A stretch of DNA of 64,000 bases, from contig JBHGNT010000012.1 in the NCBI GenBank assembly GCA_043228905.1, positions 12,772,001-12,836,000 on the forward strand, written 5' to 3'. This stretch comes from Azolla caroliniana. Taxonomy: Eukaryota; Plantae; Polypodiophyta. A program made the translations under genes and the position numbers. Below are positions 49,901 through 59,913 of this stretch, one piece after another (positions within the stretch are counted from its first letter, which is position 1; every line of letters begins with the position of its first letter). A model generated the notes under the pieces. It ran no database searches, was not told where the DNA came from, and saw nothing but the letters and a program-made list of their open reading frames with translations.

Positions 49901-52790
49901 ACTTCTCACGGAGTTTCGCGACGTATTCGCCTGGTCATACGAAGACATGCGAGGGCTGGACCCTCAATTATATCAGCATCAGATCCACTTAGGCAAGGAC
50001 GCGAAACCAGTGGCGCAAAGACGATACCGAATGAACCCCAACTACGCCGCCAAAGTGAAGGAGGAAATCGACAAACTCCTAAGAGTGGGCTTCATCCGGC
50101 CGGTAAAGAAAGCGACGTGGCTGAGCCCCATCGTCGTCGTCCCAAAGAAGAACGGTAAAATCCGTGTGTGTGTAGATTACAGGAAACTAAATGCCGCCAC
50201 AATTACGGATGCATTCCCTCTTCCGTTCACGGATGGAGTACTGGATGCCGTCGCCGGCCATGAAGTTTACAGCTTTTTAGACGGCTTCAGCGGATACAAT
50301 CAAATCCGGATGCACCCCGACGACCAGGAGAAGACAGCGTTCGTCACCGAATGGGGGGTGTTTGTGGCCGAAGTCATGATGTTCGGCCTAAAAACGGCAC
50401 CAGCAACTTTCCAGCGAATCATCATGGAGATCTTCGGCGAATACATTCCTGCCTTCATGCAAGTTTTCCTGGATGATTTTGCAGTCTATAGCCGGGGAAA
50501 AGACCATTTGCAGCACCTACGGTTATGCCTTGAAAAGTGTAGGTTATACCGGCTAAGCTTAAACCCAGCAAACTGCATCTTTGGGGTTTCAAGTGGAATA
50601 TTGCTGGGACACATTGTAAGTAAGGAGGGCATTGCGGTCGACCCGGACAAAGTAAACGCCATACTAGGGGCACCAGCGCCGAAAACGGCCAAACCACTAA
50701 GCCGATTCTTAGGACAGATCCGGTGGCACAGCCGGATGCTCCGTCACTTGGCTGACTTGGCTACACCATTACACACCGCGGTACATCGGACACCGTTCCA
50801 ATGGACGGATACGGAGGATAAGGCATACAATGCCCTGGAGGTACTTTTATCGCAAGCACCCGTCGTGCAGCCTCCGGATTGGAGCAAGGAATTTCATGTG
50901 TTCGTGGACGCTTCCGACATCGCTATTGGCAGCGCCTTAATGCAACTTACGGAGCCTAAATGGTACCGGCCGGTATATTACGCCAGCCGGAAGCTGTCCC
51001 AAGCGGAAAAGAACTATTCAACGACAGAACGGGAGGCCCTGGGCATGATCTACAGTGTAACAAAGTTTCGTCATTACCTATTGGGAAGGAAGTTCTCCTT
51101 CCATGTGGATCACTCGGCGCTCCTGTACTTAGTATCCAAGGCGTCCTTGACCGGTAAGTTGGCCCGTTGGACCTTGCTGTTGCAGGAGTTCGAATTCGAG
51201 ATCTTCCACCGCCCCGGTATCCAGCATGCCGTAGCCGACTACCTGAGCCGGTTAGAGTCCGGAGAAGCAGGCGACGGAGTAGCGGATGAATTCCCGGACG
51301 CAGAGTTATTCCGTATCACCCCGGAAACGGCAGCAGACGACACGGTGGCATCAGAAGATAGGTGGCTGACGAACATGCACCAGTTCCTAAGCACGGGCCT
51401 GCCACCGGAGGAAATGAACCGGGACGAGAGGAAACGACTGGCGGTGCAGAGCCGCAATTTCTGTCTGTTACGGGACACTCTCTACCACAAAGGAGCAGAT
51501 GGAATATGGAGACGGGCAGTCCGTAGTGACGAGAAAGAAGTAATCTTACGGGAAGCACACTGTGGGGTTGCCGGAGGACACTATGCCGGGGAAGCGACGG
51601 CGAGGAAAGTATGGCAGAGCGGCTTATGGTGGCCCACGACGTTAAAAGACGCCGTCAAGTATGCTAAGGAATGTGACCTATGCCAACGAATGGGCCAGCC
51701 TACGGAGCAAGCACGGATGCCACACCAACCGGTACTTCCACTAGAGCCATTCCAGAAGTGGGGGTTGGATTTTGTCGGACCGTTCAAGCCACCGGCAATG
51801 AGAACAGGTAATCGTTATGTCATCGTGGCAACGGATTATTGCACTAAATGGGTGGAGGCTAAGGCCTTGAGAGACAATACCGCGTCATCCACAGCAAAAT
51901 TCCTGTACGAAAACATTTGGTGCCGATATGGATGTCCGATTGAATTAATCAGCGACCAAGGAGGGCACTTCCTCGGCCAGGTAGTGGAAAGCTTAACAAC
52001 GTTCTATGCCGTGGTTCATAAACGGAGCACACCGTACTACCCACAAGCGAACGGGTTAGCAGAGTCCACCAACAAAACGCTGCAGAACATTCTCCGCAAA
52101 ATTGTCAATGAAAACCGGACGGACTGGGACACAAAGCTCCATAGCGCGCTATGGGCGTACAGAACGGCATACAAAACAAGTATCCGGACAACGCCGTTCC
52201 GGTTAGCATTCGGCTTAGAAGCGGTCATGCCGGTGGAATTTCAGGTACCAAGCTTACGGATCCAACTACGGGAACGGTTGAATGAAAAGAAGTCGGAGGA
52301 AATGCGGCTAGCAGCACTATGCGAACTGGAGGAGCAACAGCTGGCCAGCATCCTACACATGGAACTGGAGCAACGACGACGGAAAGCGTTCGTTGACCGT
52401 CACCGGAAAGGTAATGAGAAGATGTTCGAAATCGGAAAGCCGGTGCTAGTATTCCAAACGAGGATGGGCAAGATGCCGGGTAAACTCCGGTTCAGATGGA
52501 CAGGCCCGTATTGGCTGACACGGGAATACAACGGGTCCTATCAGATAGGGACACTCGCCGGTGAAGTACTAGGCAAGTGGGTGAACGGATTTCGACTAAA
52601 GCCCTATAAAGGACCGATGCCAAAGAACCCGTTTATGCAGCTCACCGGCACTACACCGGGAACCTGTCCGGGATCGGTACGGATCGGTCCGGAAGAAAAA
52701 GACGACGGGGAACCAGTAGCAGAGGCGAAGGAAGACACGGCAACCCGTAAGGAAAACGGTAAGGGTCCGAGGGGACCTACGGATGTGTAA
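46914..52790 (+). CDS. gag-pol: A3 Gag-Pol polyprotein, 1958 aa, single frame
   Basis: Three CCHC-type knuckles, protease VIDGGSG, RT FLDGFSGYNQI/FLDD, RNase H VDASDIAIG, integrase HHCC/GLDFVGP/NGLAE/RWTGPY; no chromodomain. Confidence 0.97.
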   Translation: MTRPTHDLVTDRARHLAERQRRRETFQQAAQEIRSDRSFSNEIRRVAEESLRLRQTRDQDDGSSLSSLRETERLLEALASGENEAEAFSAYESDSEGGYSVHTNYRSSNDTPGGPEDDGSDTVPTPEPEPLNQGYPEPQTEAVNPPTPEVEEAKPPTPTKEPAKVPEEEPEKEPEKEPEKASAKEPEVEPEKEPERYQQTPLNRGLILDDDMLFQYSKYRDDPDAEAHVHDFEQTWEANHTSQRMTPEEEERSKVAEFGVTLEGPATRWRRTQDPATITTFAELKAKFLHFFHKEVDQTTMVGLFYTIRQEAGESIPQFVIRFQRMHSQLARAPPEEELRTIFLNALREPLRTVCTVIDFRGCTIDQVIDRVREMEKTSSWLTLGTLQRALPTEEDLRFRQAIQCTICLNAGHSAVECTMRTQCVICQSNSHTTDRCEYNLLNRQAPPVRRIEPRSSRDEDDDRWQRMNRYPPAQDVRYGDRQENDGRYGNRRDNYDRYERSDRYREPNRRHEQYDRDHSPGYRRHQEDYGRFYDLPRPDYRNKNKNNKKRNFKKGGHTRDPEQGTPRSQPAQNAPLTTGPTPATSNAESSNTRKEYCYYCRQEGHYSNQCPVKSYEKRPAVNMVVPEVADLQQVTTRSKGMAKEWETQEAIRKQATEWVKEANERNVADAERQKANTIGSAGGSHPENETWQALQECQITLPLGRLLQLVPRFTEGLKTVMTDGIAPPAPVLFSNPEEGPTVVDTSSPAITAIVKGHELPGTVIDGGSGVNVISLRTCDALGIHEWEPGPFWLRMADTSSVRPTGLIRKLEVTIGGHTFHISAVVLQLQAQGAYPLLLGRPWLKIAHIKQNWRKNMITFRRGKAKVRVPTQPRTSNGKECTPLYAECVNMLEGLADDEEAQYLEEHPKIVPLFEIDVAEAVAPYLPQRDDTEAEPDKDAIRELRQAQEALEREMAVSQRVKASQLDEVNLGSKDESKPVHIAKEMKLEDKAAMIKLLTEFRDVFAWSYEDMRGLDPQLYQHQIHLGKDAKPVAQRRYRMNPNYAAKVKEEIDKLLRVGFIRPVKKATWLSPIVVVPKKNGKIRVCVDYRKLNAATITDAFPLPFTDGVLDAVAGHEVYSFLDGFSGYNQIRMHPDDQEKTAFVTEWGVFVAEVMMFGLKTAPATFQRIIMEIFGEYIPAFMQVFLDDFAVYSRGKDHLQHLRLCLEKCRLYRLSLNPANCIFGVSSGILLGHIVSKEGIAVDPDKVNAILGAPAPKTAKPLSRFLGQIRWHSRMLRHLADLATPLHTAVHRTPFQWTDTEDKAYNALEVLLSQAPVVQPPDWSKEFHVFVDASDIAIGSALMQLTEPKWYRPVYYASRKLSQAEKNYSTTEREALGMIYSVTKFRHYLLGRKFSFHVDHSALLYLVSKASLTGKLARWTLLLQEFEFEIFHRPGIQHAVADYLSRLESGEAGDGVADEFPDAELFRITPETAADDTVASEDRWLTNMHQFLSTGLPPEEMNRDERKRLAVQSRNFCLLRDTLYHKGADGIWRRAVRSDEKEVILREAHCGVAGGHYAGEATARKVWQSGLWWPTTLKDAVKYAKECDLCQRMGQPTEQARMPHQPVLPLEPFQKWGLDFVGPFKPPAMRTGNRYVIVATDYCTKWVEAKALRDNTASSTAKFLYENIWCRYGCPIELISDQGGHFLGQVVESLTTFYAVVHKRSTPYYPQANGLAESTNKTLQNILRKIVNENRTDWDTKLHSALWAYRTAYKTSIRTTPFRLAFGLEAVMPVEFQVPSLRIQLRERLNEKKSEEMRLAALCELEEQQLASILHMELEQRRRKAFVDRHRKGNEKMFEIGKPVLVFQTRMGKMPGKLRFRWTGPYWLTREYNGSYQIGTLAGEVLGKWVNGFRLKPYKGPMPKNPFMQLTGTTPGTCPGSVRIGPEEKDDGEPVAEAKEDTATRKENGKGPRGPTDV

Positions 52791-52872
52791 GGTCACACAC
52801 CGTCATTGAAAAAAAAAAAAAAAAAAAAAAAAAGAAAAGAAAAAATCATTAAAAATCGAGGTATGAACGGAC

Positions 52873-55761
52873 GTGAACGCAAGGCGCGAAAAGGTACGTA
52901 GTGGGCATTTAAGAGCCGCCACGTACTTAATACTAAATCGGTACACGACGTGCGCATGCTCGAAAAAAGGCGCCAAGACGCACAGAGAAAAAGAAGAGCG
53001 CATGGAGACCTTCTTTTTTCGCGAGCCAAGAAGCACAGAAGCACCAAGGCAGTGGAAGCTGAGCAAACGCGAACCTGCACGCAGAGAACCCCCGCGCTCA
53101 GAACGCTCTCTCTCTCGCTCTCACTCTCATCACCACTCTACTTCGCCATCTTTCCTCGACCTTGAAGCAGACATGGAACCACAAACGCTGTCGGAAGCGG
53201 GCAGGAAATGGTTCAGGCAACACGGACTGGAGGGGTTCTTGGCCATCATGGAGGCACCGCCGCACAGAGAAGCCGACCGGGTCATCAAGGAGCTCGCCAC
53301 AGAGGTCATCACCGAGGAAGCGATCCGCGCGCTAACAGGCCTTCCGGAGGGAGGAATCTTTCAGATCGATAACCCAACCTCGGAGCAACTCATCCGATAT
53401 TTCGGTGAGTACTCTGTTGCCGGCAAAGGCTATCGGACGCAGGGCGGCGAAGATCCGCTATTCAGGGAGATAGCTCGAGTGCTCCATGAGTACGGTCACG
53501 TGTACCCCCGACCCCCTGTCATGCCAAAAAATCGGGCAGGGATGATCATAGCCACCTATGAAGGGATCAAGGTGGACTGGCCGGTGTTGATTGCAGACGG
53601 TTTGTGCACGGCAATCGACATGGTACGAGGAAAGGACGGCAAGGAGGGCCGGAAGCTGTGGCACACCGTAGCTCAATGGATAACATTGCTCGTGCCGCCG
53701 GTCGAGACCGTCCAGCCAAAGAAGCGGCCAAGAGTATCGGAAGGAAGCACCTCGAAGCCGGCGTCCAAACGACAGCAGCTGCTGGCGTCGAAGGCGACGA
53801 AAGGGAAGAAACGGGTCCCAGAACCGGAGGAGGTGTCACCGGTCCGACCCGTCAAGATAACCATACGGAGACCGGGACAGAAGGAACCGGAACCCTTGAC
53901 GGCACAGAAACATGCCGTGACACAGGAAGAGGAAACGGAGGAGCCAGAAGAGCACCTCCAACGACGGTCAAGAAGTAGGACCGCCGAGACAGGAGGGGAG
54001 CGGTCGTACCCGCGAGAGGCAGAAACGCCCCCAACTCAACCTGAGCAAACCATAAGGGAGGAACCGGAACCGGTGCGTAGGGAACCGGTCTTGTCGACTT
54101 CTATAGAAGAAGTCATTCCAACGGCTCCGGAGACGGCGAGAACCGGAACTCAACAGCCGGCGAGCCCAGCCAGAACACATGGCGGCCAAGGAGTAGAACC
54201 AGAACGGCATATGCAGGCACTCAGGCCAGACAATTCCACAGTGAATGAGCCGACCCGACCAGTACAGCAACAAGGCACCAGTAGCATGTGGCTACGGTGG
54301 GTAGGCGAGCAAATCGCCGGAGTGGTCGAGTATATAGAGGCGGAAGAGAGAGCGCACCAGGAACGGTTGCTCGTCACAACCGTAGATCTAGAGACGGCCC
54401 GGTCCAGAATCCGGAGCCTTGAACAAGACTTGGACAGGGTCACAAGGGAAATGGCTCAAGTGGCTTTGACAACACAAGTCCAAGCACCGGTGACTCCGGG
54501 CAATGTACAGAATAAAGCGGCAGATCAACCTGTACATAGCAATCAGACCCCGGCAACGGAAACCGTTCCGGAGAGAAATGCGGCACAAGCCCAAGAGCTT
54601 GCGGATTTAAAGGATGAGCTAGCTGCCCAAGAAGCACTGAGGAGCCGCGAAAGAGAATTGAAGACGGCAGCGGAGGCAGAACTCAAAAAGACTGCTGAGA
54701 ATCTACGCCGGGCCGAGGAGAGCTTACGGAAAGGCCACCAAGCGTACGACCGGCTCAAGGAGGAGAAGGAGAAAATGCTGCAAGAGAAGGAGAGGCTCCG
54801 GAGAAACGCCGAAACAGAAGTAGAGCGCCTGAAAGAGGAACTCCGGCAGGTAAAGGACCGGGAGGACCGGAACCATCGCCAGATCAACGGCAAGCTCAAA
54901 CAAAAAACGGAGGAATTTGAGCAATTGCACCGGGAGTATAAACGGTTGCAAACGGAGCACAAGGAACGGACGGATGAGCTCCGGCAAGCAGTTGATCGGA
55001 CCGCAACCGCATTCGCCAAGGAACAAGCGGAAAACAGAAGACGGTTGGAAGAGGCGGAGAAGGTTCGGACAGAGCTCCTCAGGCAACAGCAGGCGGAAAA
55101 AGAAAGAGCGGCGGAGGTACTGCAGAGGCTGCAAACGACATATCAAGGGCAGCTGACGCGCTACAGAGAGCAGGCGGAGGATACGGAAAATCTCATCAAG
55201 CAGTTGAAGGAGGAGCGACAAGTGGTGGAAAGCAGAGCACAAATGGGAGCAAGTCGCATCCAGGATATCATGCGGGCCTGGTTGAACCAGACCAAGAGCT
55301 TGATTGACAACGGTTCCGTCAAATGGTGGACCAAGTGGGCCACGAACACGGCGGAACTCCAATTGCTACGGGCCGACGTAGAGAACCGGCGGAAGGAGGG
55401 AGATGATTGCTATATGCTGAATTCTGAAGATTTCACCGGCATAAGAGATGAGCTGGCCGAAGACTTTCAAGCCTTGGCAGAGGACCAACTAGAGCAAGTC
55501 CGGCAACTTGTAGCTCAGCTGGACGACGACAGGCTGGAGGCGCAGATCCAGTTTGAAAGCTACGAGAGGTCCCGGATCCGGGGAGAGAAAGAACGAGAAC
55601 CAGTTACGGTCAACCTCAGTGATGAGGAACCGTTACTGGAAGGAGACCGGACCGGAAGCAGTCAAACGGAGATGCCGGAGCCAGAGAGACAAACGGAGCA
55701 GCCGGAGTCAGCGAAACAAACGGAGCAGCAGCAGCAAACAGAGCAGCCGGAGCAGCCTTAG
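52873..55761 (+). CDS. A3 ORF2, unknown function (globular N-domain, P/E/T-rich linker, long coiled coil, conserved C-domain); true start uncertain
   Basis: 962-aa open frame with homologs in A2 and A5. The stop at 55759 looks like CAG>TAG and the frame continues to 55872. Confidence 0.88.
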   Translation: MNARREKVRSGHLRAATYLILNRYTTCACSKKGAKTHREKEERMETFFFREPRSTEAPRQWKLSKREPARREPPRSERSLSRSHSHHHSTSPSFLDLEADMEPQTLSEAGRKWFRQHGLEGFLAIMEAPPHREADRVIKELATEVITEEAIRALTGLPEGGIFQIDNPTSEQLIRYFGEYSVAGKGYRTQGGEDPLFREIARVLHEYGHVYPRPPVMPKNRAGMIIATYEGIKVDWPVLIADGLCTAIDMVRGKDGKEGRKLWHTVAQWITLLVPPVETVQPKKRPRVSEGSTSKPASKRQQLLASKATKGKKRVPEPEEVSPVRPVKITIRRPGQKEPEPLTAQKHAVTQEEETEEPEEHLQRRSRSRTAETGGERSYPREAETPPTQPEQTIREEPEPVRREPVLSTSIEEVIPTAPETARTGTQQPASPARTHGGQGVEPERHMQALRPDNSTVNEPTRPVQQQGTSSMWLRWVGEQIAGVVEYIEAEERAHQERLLVTTVDLETARSRIRSLEQDLDRVTREMAQVALTTQVQAPVTPGNVQNKAADQPVHSNQTPATETVPERNAAQAQELADLKDELAAQEALRSRERELKTAAEAELKKTAENLRRAEESLRKGHQAYDRLKEEKEKMLQEKERLRRNAETEVERLKEELRQVKDREDRNHRQINGKLKQKTEEFEQLHREYKRLQTEHKERTDELRQAVDRTATAFAKEQAENRRRLEEAEKVRTELLRQQQAEKERAAEVLQRLQTTYQGQLTRYREQAEDTENLIKQLKEERQVVESRAQMGASRIQDIMRAWLNQTKSLIDNGSVKWWTKWATNTAELQLLRADVENRRKEGDDCYMLNSEDFTGIRDELAEDFQALAEDQLEQVRQLVAQLDDDRLEAQIQFESYERSRIRGEKEREPVTVNLSDEEPLLEGDRTGSSQTEMPEPERQTEQPESAKQTEQQQQTEQPEQP

Positions 55762-55924
55762 TCCCAACCGCAACCACAGCAGCAGCAGCAAGCACAGCCG
55801 CAGCAACCACAACCGGAAGAACAAGTGGAAATTCTTGAACAAAGTATTTTGGACAATTTGGGTGAACAATGAAGGGGCCGAGAAGGGTTCGACGTACAAG
55901 GTACTGTCCCACGGGCGTGCCATG

Positions 55925-56339
55925 TGTTACCGGCCGGCAAGGAGTCCAAAATACGGAGTGAAGGAATTAATTAGATATGGTTGTAAATGAGCATAGTGTG
56001 GATGGACGGACTGGAAACGGTATGCCGTTCCAGATCCGGACGGATCCCGAATAGGTGCAAGAGGCACCGTTTTGTACTACGGGCCGGAAACCTATTTAAA
56101 GGCCCGGACCCCATTGTAATGACAGCGGATAATTAATAGAGCTTATGATGTTTATACTTCTGTCTTGATTTCCATTCTGTAATTACTGTTATATCTTACG
56201 CGTGTAATTAACCAAAGCATTCTAATCGTGTAACCTATGTAAGTCGGTGTAATCGTTGAATCTTAATCCTATGCCGTAATCACCCTTTGGTGAAGTGTCT
56301 CCGTGACACCTTGTGTTAGGCCTTGTCCGGCTAGAGAAT
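55925..56339 (+). repeat. A3 3' LTR, last 4 nt (AACA) missing
   Basis: Ends CTAGAGAAT then runs into Copia sequence GCAACCGTC. Confidence 0.95.
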
Positions 56340-56700
56340 GCAACCGTCTTCTGCAGCCTCAACTGCCACGAAACAGCTCCCCCTACATATGTCATTACAT
56401 ACCCGGATGTAGACCGGCTGGTATCCACATCAGCCGACATGTCCGAATCGGTGAAACCATCCAGTTGAGGTTTTCCGGAGACACATATTTGAAGTGCCCT
56501 TCAAATACCGGAGTATCCATTTCTGCCTTCTCTGCTTTTGTCTTCGGGCTTTGCTTGCCGGATAGCTTGCAGTTTGCCGGAAGTGTTGATCCGACCGGCT
56601 TTGCTTCTGACATGTTGAACCGGTGAAGCACCTTTGTCACATACTTCTCCTGTGATAGCCATAATTGCTTTGCTGACTGGTTCCGGATGATGTGCATCCC
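56337..56700 (+). repeat. Target duplication, right copy (364 bp)
   Basis: Same as 46069-46443 minus CCGAATCGGAG. Confidence 0.95.
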
Positions 56701-59700
56701 CAGCATCTGTCTTGCCGGACCCAAGTCTTTCATTGAGAAGGTCCGGTTGAGAGCCTTCTTCAGCATCCGTATTTTTACTTGGTCTTGTCCAACGATCAAC
56801 ATGTCATCCACGTACAGGAGGAGTATCAGGAAGTCCCCTCTTTCGAACTTCTTCACAAACACGCAGTGATCGGCCTGCGTCTTGTGGTACCCTTGATCGG
56901 TCTTGAAGGAGTCGAACTTCCAGTACCATTGTCGGGGAGCCTGCTTCAGTCCGTACAGGCTCTTCTTCAACCGGCATACCAGGTGCTCCTTCCCTTTCTC
57001 CACAAATCCTTCCGGTTGCTGCATGTAGATCTCCTCTTCGAGGTCGCCGTGAAGGAATGTTGTCTTCACGTCCAGTTGCTCTACCTCAAGGTCCATGCTT
57101 GCTGCTATACTCAGCACCGTCCGGATGGAGGTCATCTTTACTACCGGGGCAAATATCTCGTCAAAGTCCACGCCCTTCTTCTGTTGGAACCCCTTCACCA
57201 CGATTCTAGCTTTGTATCTCGGGGGATTGCCGGCATCTCCCAGTTTCATCTTGTACACCCACTTGTTTCGGAGTGCCCGCTTTCCTTTCGACAACTCCAC
57301 CAATTCGTATGTATGGTTCTCATGCAGGGAATCCATCTCGTCCTGCATGGCACTTAACCATTTTCGGCTGTGGGTGTCTTCCTTCGCTTCTTCGAAGCTT
57401 TCCGGCTCCCCCTCATCGGTCAGCAGAACATGCTCTGCATCCGGAAATCTCGGGGGGGCCCTTCTCTCTCTGAGAGGATATCTCCGTCTCTGGGCTTCGG
57501 TGACCGGCTCTTCCATTTGCTCTTCATCCGAATCCGATTTGGGGTCTTGGCCGGTTCCGGTCTCAGCTTCCTCTACTTCTTCTTCTGCCGGTTCGGTATC
57601 CTCACCGTAACCGGCTGGTTCCTCGAGTGCTAACCGGTCTCTTGCCGGTTGGGTCTGCTCATCGTAGAGTCTATCCTTACTGGTCGACTCGGAGTTCATT
57701 ATCTTCTTCTCCGACTCCCAGTCGGCGAGCGTCTTGTCCTCCATGAAGATAATATCTCGACTCCGGAATACCTTCTTGTCGACCGGGTCCCACACTCGGT
57801 AGCCGAACTCATCGTCACCATAACCGAGGAATATGCATGGTCGGGTCTTTGGATCTAACTTTCCTCTCCGGTCCTTTGCTACATGCACGTACGCGAGACA
57901 CCCGAACACCCTCAGATGCCGGTAGGACACTTCCTTACCGGTCCATACTCTCTATGGCGTGTCTCCGTCCAAGGGTACTGAGGGTGATCTGTTTATCACA
58001 TATGTCGCCGTCGACAGTGCCTCAGCCCTAAACTTCTTGGGTAGTTTTGCATGCGCTAGCATACTCCGGACCCTCTCCATTATGGTCTGGTTCATCCTCT
58101 CGGCCAGCCCATTTAGTTCCGGCGTCTTCGGCACGGTAAATTCGAGCCGGATTCCCTTCGAGCGGCAGTACTCCTCGAACTGCCCCCGGTATTCTCCTCC
58201 GTTATCTGCTCGAACTGCCTTCAGCTTCCAGCCGGTTTCTCTTTCCACTCTCGCGTGGAGCTCTTTGAAGATGGATAACACCTGATCCTTCGTCTTCAAC
58301 AGTGTGGCCCACAGCTTCCGGCTGTGGTCATCTATGAACGTCACGAAGTACTGCGCTCCGGCATGTGACTTCGTGTCTACCTGACACACATCTGTATGCA
58401 CCAACTCTAGTGGTGCAATACGTCTCATCGGTGGCCTTGGTCGGAAGGAGGTCCGGTTCTACTTACCGGCCAGACAATCAGTGCACTTCTCTAAGTGCAC
58501 GTTCTTCACTGGAATGAGGTTGTCGTCTGCAAGCCTCTTCATCCCCTTCTCACTCATGTGACACAGCCTCTTGTGCCACAGCTCACCGGCAGTGTCGGAT
58601 GCCATGTTCACTTCTTCCGGGCATAACCGGGCATTCATCAGGTACAACGTGTTTACCTTCCGGGCCCGAGCCACAATCAGGCTCCCTTTGCTGAACTTCA
58701 TGACACCGTTCCGGATGCTACCCGTGTAACCTTCATCATCTAGCCGACCGGCTGATATCAGGTTCAAACGAATTTCCGGAACGTGTCGGACATCCTTCAG
58801 CAACAACTTGCATCTGGTTGGTGTTGACAGCCACACGTCTCCTATGCCGACAATTCGGCATGTTCCTTCGTTCCCCATCTGGACACAGCCGTGGTCACTG
58901 GCTGAGTAGGATGAGAAGCATTTCTGGTCTGGGGTAAGGTGGAACGATGCTCCGGAGTCTACCACCCAGGTCATCTCGTCGCCGGCAAGGTTTATTTCAC
59001 TCTCCTCGGTGATGAGCATCAACTCTTCTTCACTTGCCGCGATTGTCGTCGTTCCCTTCCGGTCCGAGCCCCTCCGGTCTTTACCGTTCCAGTCCGAGGT
59101 TTGCTTCGAATCGGTACCATCGGTTTCCTTGTCTTTACGGAAATGCGGACAGTTCTTTTGGAAGTGTCCCGGCTTGCCGCAATAGAAGAAAGTAGGCCTC
59201 CCCCTTGACTTTGACCGTGTCCCCGACTTCTCCCGGTTCTGGGAACTACGGTTTCTCTGTCTTTCGCGTTCCGATTCGGTAAGAAGCGCTTTGAAGTCGG
59301 AGCTCGTATCTTTGTCTTTCCGACGCGGCTCCTCATCTAGCAAGCTCGACTTTACTCTTGCTAGGGATAACCGTTTTCCTTCCGGCCCGGCGTTGCCCAA
59401 AGTGACAACCAACGTCTCCCAACTATCCGGGAGGGAACCGAGCAGGAGTAGCGCTAGTACCTCATCGGCAAGAGGTACTTCCAATGACGTTGCCTGGTGT
59501 ATCAGCCCCTAGAAGGCATTCATATGCTCCGCCATGCTGGAGCCATCATGGTACCGGAGTCTTACTAGCTTCCGGAATACCGACACCTGATTGACAGCAT
59601 TTTTGTTTTGACACATTATGCCGATCTTCTCCCAGAGCTCATGAGCCTTGCTCTCTTCATTGAAGTTGTTGTACAGGCTCATGTCGATGAAGCACCGTAT

Positions 59701-59885
59701 GTACGCCGTTGTCTTCATGTGCATCACCTCCCATATCGCGGCATCGATTTTGTCCGGTCTCTTGTCCCCGAACTGAACCGGCAGCCAGAGGTCTTTAACC
59801 ACAAGCATGTCCCTCATCTTTGACTTTCACACTGAATAGTTGGAGCCGGTGAGCTTGAACATGCCGCCAAACGATTCGTCAATTT
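56340..59885 (-). pseudogene. C gag-pol (gag, PR, INT, RT) with a few stops
   Basis: ORFs 59509-59817, 58459-59484, 57952-58428 and 56395-57930; WVVDSGAS, VHTDVC, QLDVKTTFL, LYVDD. Confidence 0.95.
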
Positions 59886-59913
59886 TCTGTGTCGATTTCG
59901 CTTTGATACCACT

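Larger units (their letters stand above)
46444..56339 (+). mobile_element. Family-A copy A3, essentially intact non-chromovirus Ty3/Gypsy (Athila/Phygy/Selgy-like, unverified)
   Basis: LTRs 46444-46862 and 55925-56339 (about 5 differences), PBS at 46869, intact gag-pol, ORF2. Confidence 0.97.

Noticed and set aside
53900-55761. ORF2 as a captured host myosin/SMC gene or a retroviral envelope
   Set aside because: Only generic coiled-coil composition; no motor or ATPase motifs, no hydrophobic transmembrane segment, and a fixed position in three element copies.
55884-55924. GGTTCGAC as part of a tRNA gene or SINE
   Set aside because: No A box, cloverleaf or CCA context; only a T-loop-like hexamer.
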